Assembly: GCA_951406725.2 (NCBI GenBank)
Contig: OX597819.1
Span: forward strand, 71,362,001 to 71,426,000
Origin: Octopus vulgaris
Taxonomy: Eukaryota
Direction of reading: 5' to 3'
DNA: 64,000 nucleotides
The notes below the pieces were generated by a model. The model saw only the letters and a program-made list of their open reading frames with translations. It was not told the origin of the DNA and made no database searches. The first letter of the stretch is position 1; every line of letters starts with the position of its first letter. This document shows, in pieces, positions 57,842 through 64,000 of the stretch. The translations under genes and the position numbers were made by a program.

Positions 57842-58210
57842 AATTTATATATATATATATACATATGTATACATATATAAACGTACCTATATCTATTTAC
57901 ATATATACATGCATACATACGTATATATATTTAAAAAAATATATATATATATTCACACATACACACATGAATACACGCACACACACACACACACACATGT
58001 ATATATATATTCTGATACATTCATTTATTCATGCATAGGCATGAAGATACACCAAGACGCGCATTTAATGCAAAACACAGCGGGAATCAAATCTACTGAA
58101 ATAAATAAATTTAGATTTTGAAATAATATTAAGACGCTTTAGCAATAAAACTGAGCTACATAAGAACGATATGTGTGTGTGTGCGTATGTATATATATAT
58201 TTATATTTAT

Positions 58211-58283
<73 letters not shown>

Positions 58284-59341
58284 TGTACGTATGTGTGTAA
58301 GCATATATACATACAGGCATGCATATGTCTGCATATACATACTTATACGCATATGTATAATGAATATATACGCATCTACGCGTAAGTGTGTTCTTCGCCA
58401 CTCATCGTTTTAATGAGAAAATTCGCCGCTTTAACTCTTCCAGCATCAATATATTAATGTCTCATGTTCATGTCTTAATAACAATTTCTATTTTCTTCAT
58501 TTGTATTCTCGCATCATTATTTACACCTGTTTGTATAATATACATTGTTGCATCAACCAAACGCTGATTGTTAGGAACAGATGTAAAGATGTATAAAACA
58601 CTGTGTTTCTTTTTGCCAGATACATTTATACTTGCATTTAGCTAACATCTTTCATAAATCATATAATACTATTTATATAAATGATTTACCCGGTTTCATC
58701 TCTTTGTTATACCCTTAAGCCATATGTTTCACATCGCAAACTTTTGTTCAGCGGGGCTAATGCTACTTTGATTAGAATGTTGAATTTTAATAATCTGGAA
58801 TCGTGCCGAGGATTAATACGGTGTACATTTAATACACGCTCATACTAGCGTCTTCTCATCCATTGTATATATACCATATGTATTGTCCATATACACTGTT
58901 TACGTTTTGTGTGGCCTAGTTTGATTCCAGGACTGGGAGACGTGTTGTGTTCCTGTGTAAAATACATTTCTTTTTGCGTTGCTTTAGTTTTTGTGGGCAC
59001 CAACATGCAGAAGAATACACCCAAAGTTTCCTCCGCGTCATAGAAGTCGAATAATCGAGGTTGCGGTAGGATTTGCTTTCCGACTTCGAAAAGATACTCA
59101 CCAACAACGGCTTCCCAAACAGACCCAATGGGTCAGAGAGTTGTCGATTGGGGGTGCAAGGGTATCGCCGGGAGTAGCGAGTTATAGTACATACTACTAC
59201 TACTACAACTACTACTACTACTACTTCGATTCTTTAAAAGAGTTGTTTTATCACTGAAGTCCAATGTCAACGATTGTCTAGAAAAGTCATTTTTACTGAG
59301 GTTCGATATGAACGGAGGACAGCACTCTAACAAATAAAAGG

Positions 59342-59394
<53 letters not shown>

Positions 59395-59501
59395 CATATA
59401 TATAAAGAAGCAAACTTGTCATTCATGTAGAACTATTGTTGCATTATTTGATAAATTTGCAGGTGTTAAATCTACCTTTGTTGTATATATTTTCAAATTT
59501 T

Positions 59502-59578
<77 letters not shown>

Positions 59579-60517
59579 TACCTTAGGCATACTTTCTTAG
59601 TGTTTTCAATTTCTCATATACTTTTGACTTTGATAAATCTATCTTCTGTTAGTTACTCATTTGGGGCCCGTCGTTAAAGTTAGAGACAGATCTATCTTTA
59701 AATGTGAACTTCATAGAATAAACATGTCATAATTTCGAATCTGGAGTGGAGTGTGGCTGTAATATATACATGTATAATAGAAACGTATTTCTTTCGTATT
59801 CATTTCTGCCTTTTCGATATATGTTTGCAAGAGGCAAGGTGTAAAGTCTGGACGTTTATTTACATTTTTCACTATTTTTATCGAGAACCGGTTTATTTGT
59901 CTAGCAATGCTGACATATGGAGGCTTCATTATTTATATTGTATTAGCCGTAAAACAGAAAGTGTGCATTCCCCTTTTAAACTTAGGGCAAATGTTGCAGT
60001 TTGTATTTGTATTTTAGTCATTTTCGATTGGGAGAGACGAAATCAGTTTGTTGTTGATAGTTTGTTTACACGCGATGTCAGATTGCCAACCATTAATACG
60101 TTGGCTATGTGAAATATATCGATCTTAAGCTCAATAAATTTTACAAGTATTACTTACACATTCGCCAGCATTTCTGTCTAACATGCTTGAATCGTTAAGA
60201 AGCACGTTTAGTAAGAATGTAGTTTTGGGTTCACTCCCTTTGCGAGGAATGTTGGGCAAATGTCTTTTTGCCATAATCTAGGTCTGTTAGTGATTTTTAC
60301 TCGCAAGGAAACTGCGTGGAAACGAATGTTACATATATATGTATATGTGTAGGTGGACATATGTATGGGTATTGGTGTTTGTGTATGTGTATGCTATATC
60401 TAAGCAAAAAATAAACTCTATACATAGTATAGTTCAAGTGAGTAACACCGATCAGAGTCAAGTTTTGTAAACATATGTTTAAGTGGAAAAATTATCAGAA
60501 ATGCCATTTCTATTCAT

Positions 60518-60550
<33 letters not shown>

Positions 60551-60561
60551 TACGGCCTTAA

Positions 60562-61037
60562 GCTGGCGAGCTCGCAGAAAAGTTAGCACGCCGGGCGAAA
60601 TGTTTAGCTATATTTTGTGTCTTTAAGTTCTGAGTTCAAATTCCGCCGAGGTCGATTTTGCCTTTCATCCTCTCGGGGTCGATAAATTAAATACCAGTTG
60701 CGTCCTGGGGTCGATCTAATCGACTGGCTCCATCCGCCAAAATTTCATGCCTTGTGCCTAGAGTAGAAAAGTATATATGGCCCATTGGTTAGGCCACGAT
60801 CGCTAGATCGTGGTTTCGATTCGTAGACCGGGCGGTGTGCTGTATTCTTGAGCAAAACACTTCATCGCACGTTGCCCTACGATCATTTCGACACCCGCCA
60901 CGTGGTACATCGTGCACCTGTTCAGACAACGTCAGTTTGATGGAGAGAGTCAGTTTGATCACTATAAACAAATCATCTGTGTAGGTCGTTCAGCAAAAAC
61001 TGAACACCCATACGTTTTCTTCGACGAAAGGGTCCAT
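60562..61037 (+). mobile_element. Family E SINE (60562-60772) followed by a C/D-like SINE with a different body (60775-61037)
   Basis: ggcgagctcgcagaaaagttagcacgccgggcgaaatg...gccgaggtcgattttgcctttcatcctctcggggtcgataaa, then tggcccattggttagg...ggtttcgattc...cttgagcaaaacacttcat. Confidence 0.8.
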
Positions 61038-61159
61038 CATACATACATACATACATACACACATACATACATACATACATACATACACTCACACACACAT
61101 ACGCACTGCTGAAATCTTCAATTTTTTTTCATTCTCTCTCTTTTTATTTTCACTTATTC

Positions 61160-61195
61160 CTTTATGTTGAAGAGCATAGGCTCGAAAAGTAAAAG
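61160..61195 (+). ncRNA. Degenerate hammerhead-like motif (family H1; element about 61110-61255)
   Basis: CTTT ATGTTGA A GAGC ATAG GCTC GAAAA GTA AAAG. Confidence 0.5.
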
Positions 61196-61270
61196 ACTTT
61201 TAAATTTTTCTCGAGCGTCAAACTAATACAACTGTTTGTTGTTCATACACCTCTCAATTTTGCACACCAA

Positions 61271-61429
61271 GAAATAATACTTAAAGGATATAACCAAAAT
61301 TACCAGCTGGGTATATAATATTAATTATATCATACTTTAGTTAATACTTATATTTATTAAATATGAAAGAACTACACGTGTTTCAGCATTGGATTACAAT
61401 ATATATACATATACACAACTGTATATATA

Positions 61430-61505
<76 letters not shown>

Positions 61506-61867
61506 TGTAATCGTCAGATTTACTATTATTCAAACACATCTTCAGGTTCTATTTCAAAATAGTATATATATCTAATTTTACATCCCTTTAAAAATAAGCA
61601 ATACAAGGGATGTTAGATTTAAAGGAATGTAAATTTAGATATATAATATTTTGAAATAAAACCTGAAGATGTGTTGGAATAATTGTAAATTTGACGATTG
61701 CATATATGTATTCATATATGTATATATATTGTAATCGTCCAATACTGAAACACGTATTGTTCCTTCATATTTAATAAATATAAGTATAAGCTAAAGTATG
61801 ATATAATTAATGAAGTATATTATATAGCCAGCTGGTAATTTTGGTTATATCCTTTAAGTATTATTTC
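61271..61867. repeat. About 600-bp imperfect palindrome with divergent HHR motifs at 61369-61549 (-) and 61659-61762 (+)
   Basis: gaaataatacttaaaggatataaccaaaattaccagctgg versus ccagctggtaattttggttatatcctttaagtattatttc. Arms are colinear to a centre near 61600. Confidence 0.92.
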
Positions 61868-62117
61868 GTGATATACGAACTGATACCATGAGTTTACTGT
61901 CTGATAAACTCATTAGGTTATTTTTGTATTATCTGAAATAGAATACCCGCATATCGATTAATACCAAAACATAGAATAATGACATTTATCAGATACTTTG
62001 TATATTTATAGATAAGTATATTAATATACGATAAATAAGACCCCTACGATATGTAGATGCATATAACGCTGAAGGGTTGCACCTGACTGATTTGGAAATT
62101 TGCTTTCCCAAATTATT

Positions 62118-62182
<65 letters not shown>

Positions 62183-62235
62183 TATACGCACATAATACAC
62201 ACAGGCGTACATATATGTGTGTGTATGTATGTATA

Positions 62236-62363
<128 letters not shown>

Positions 62364-62653
62364 TGCATGTATGCATGTATGTATGTATATGTATAAATGC
62401 TGTAATTTGAAGTTAGAAGGCAAAAGTTGCTTTTGTGCAAACTATTAGCAGAGAGCCCAATAAAAAAAAGTTTTCAAAGCCAGTTTTAGAACAATATCGT
62501 GACGTTATCAGAACGATTATAAACAAAGAGACACATGACAGCAAAACGAAGTCAGATATTGTAATAAATCTTGAATATTTTCGATAACCTACGACAAAAC
62601 ACAAATATCTGTTTAACAGAAAAACTGTTCACTCACACATATGGATATATATG

Positions 62654-62685
<32 letters not shown>

Positions 62686-62877
62686 TGTATGTATGTATGT
62701 ACGTACGTACGTACGTATGTATGTTTGTGTATGTATGTATGTATGTATGTATGTATGTATGTATGTATGTATGTATGTATGTATGTATGTATGTATGTAT
62801 GTATGTATGTATGTGGGTAGTTAGGTAAGTAGGTAGGTTTTTTTAATGCTTATTTTCATGTCGCAGTATAATATAAG

Positions 62878-63211
62878 CAGAAGTTCCCAAACTTTTTGAG
62901 CCACCGCCTCCCTAATGGGTACATAATACCTTCAGCGCACCACACCTATTTTTATGTAGAAATAAATATTTTTTATTTTACTAATCTATATATTCTATGA
63001 ATCATTTGATATTTAATATAATATTATATAATTTGTGTACAATACTATAATAATATTATAATACATTCATAGCTTCCTCCAAATCACTGCCTTCCTCCGA
63101 ACGCCTCCTTTTCCTCTACCACGTGCCCCACCGTCTCCTTAGACACCAGCGCCCACCTAGACCGTCTCAACAACCACCGGGCGACGGTAACGTCCACTTT
63201 GAGAACCTATG
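62878..63211. mobile_element. hAT/Charlie-like MITE
   Basis: cagaagttcccaaac...ctttgagaacctatg resembles the CAGGGGTTCCCAAAC / GTTTGGGAACCCCTG termini. The 8-bp TSD is unclear. Confidence 0.55.
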
Positions 63212-63298
63212 ATAAAAACGATCTAACATTAACCCGAAAGATTAATTAATACTTTTTTGCACAGGACAAATTTATTTTTTTTTTACTAGAAAAGTATT

Positions 63299-63345
63299 CA
63301 GAGTGACTTCGAAATTTCGGCCTGCTTAGCCTTCATCGGAATGTT
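63299..63345 (-). ncRNA. Hammerhead-like motif (family H2, U4C; element about 63215-63345)
   Basis: Minus strand CCGATGA A GGC TAAGCAG GCC GAA ATTTCGAAGT C ACTCTG. Confidence 0.6.
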
Positions 63346-63502
63346 TGTCAGATGAAAATTAAGCAAGCAACCAAGCCAGAGCTTAGCCGCAGTCTAATGA
63401 CTGCAGGATGTAAAGAGTAATATATATATATATTAGGAAAAAAGAGATGACAAAGCCAAGGCTATGAGGAGTTTTCAGGACATTTATAAGAAATGAGATA
63501 TA

Positions 63503-63550
63503 GTCTTACACCTGTTTCTGGGATATTATGGATATCCCTTCATCAGAGAC
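63503..63550 (-). ncRNA. Minimal type I hammerhead ribozyme in an about 160-bp element (63433-63590) between (TA)n arrays
   Basis: Minus strand GTCT CTGATGA A GGGATAT CCATA ATATCCC A GAA ACAGGTGT A AGAC. Canonical core, stem I GUCU/AGAC, 7-bp stem II, near-palindromic stem III (ACAGCTGT with one change), GUA triplet. Confidence 0.82.
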
Positions 63551-63586
63551 GATGTGAGATGGTTAAATAGAGGTAAATGTTTTAGT

Positions 63587-63662
<76 letters not shown>

Positions 63663-64000
63663 CGTGTGTATGTATGTATGCATGTCTATATATATATATA
63701 TACGCACGCACAAACATTCATATATATATATATACATATATACATATGTATATACACACGTATATAAACACACCCACACATATACACGCACAAAGGGAAG
63801 CAGAGAGAGGGACAGAGAGAGCGTTGCATACGTGTCTGTGTGTGTGTATGTGTGTATGTGTGTATCTGTTCGTCCGGCCTGGAAGCATTTACAGTAGAAC
63901 TAACATATTTATTGGCAATTATATGGTACATCTTGCATGATTACGGAACGCACACTTTTACACTGGATTATATATATATATTCACATACATTCATACATA

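Overview
AT-rich, microsatellite-saturated eukaryotic DNA, intergenic or intronic. The SINE repertoire and repeat landscape look like an octopus/coleoid cephalopod genome (inference from recalled repeat families, not a database search). I can support no intact host protein-coding gene, tRNA, rRNA or CRISPR array; almost all ORFs in the track are translations of simple repeats. The window is a mosaic of decayed mobile elements: Tx1/L1-like LINEs (3 copies), Dong/R4-like RLE LINEs in (TAA)n arrays (3), RTE and CR1 remnants, an ancient fragmented Penelope-like element (PLE), mariner and Tigger transposase relics, several MITEs and at least four tRNA-derived SINE families. The most interesting signal is a set of about 15 minimal type I hammerhead-ribozyme (HHR)-like motifs (CUGANGA / stem II / GAAA / palindromic stem III / UH). 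They lie in several short non-coding repeat families, mostly next to (TA)n arrays. They include two long head-to-head palindromes with one HHR per arm, an HHR whose stem II loop holds a (TA)n microsatellite, recurrent core variants (U3-A8, U4C, A6U) and a 357-nt partial tandem unit resembling a retrozyme. All motifs and coordinates were read by eye; element boundaries are approximate and no ribozyme activity is demonstrated.
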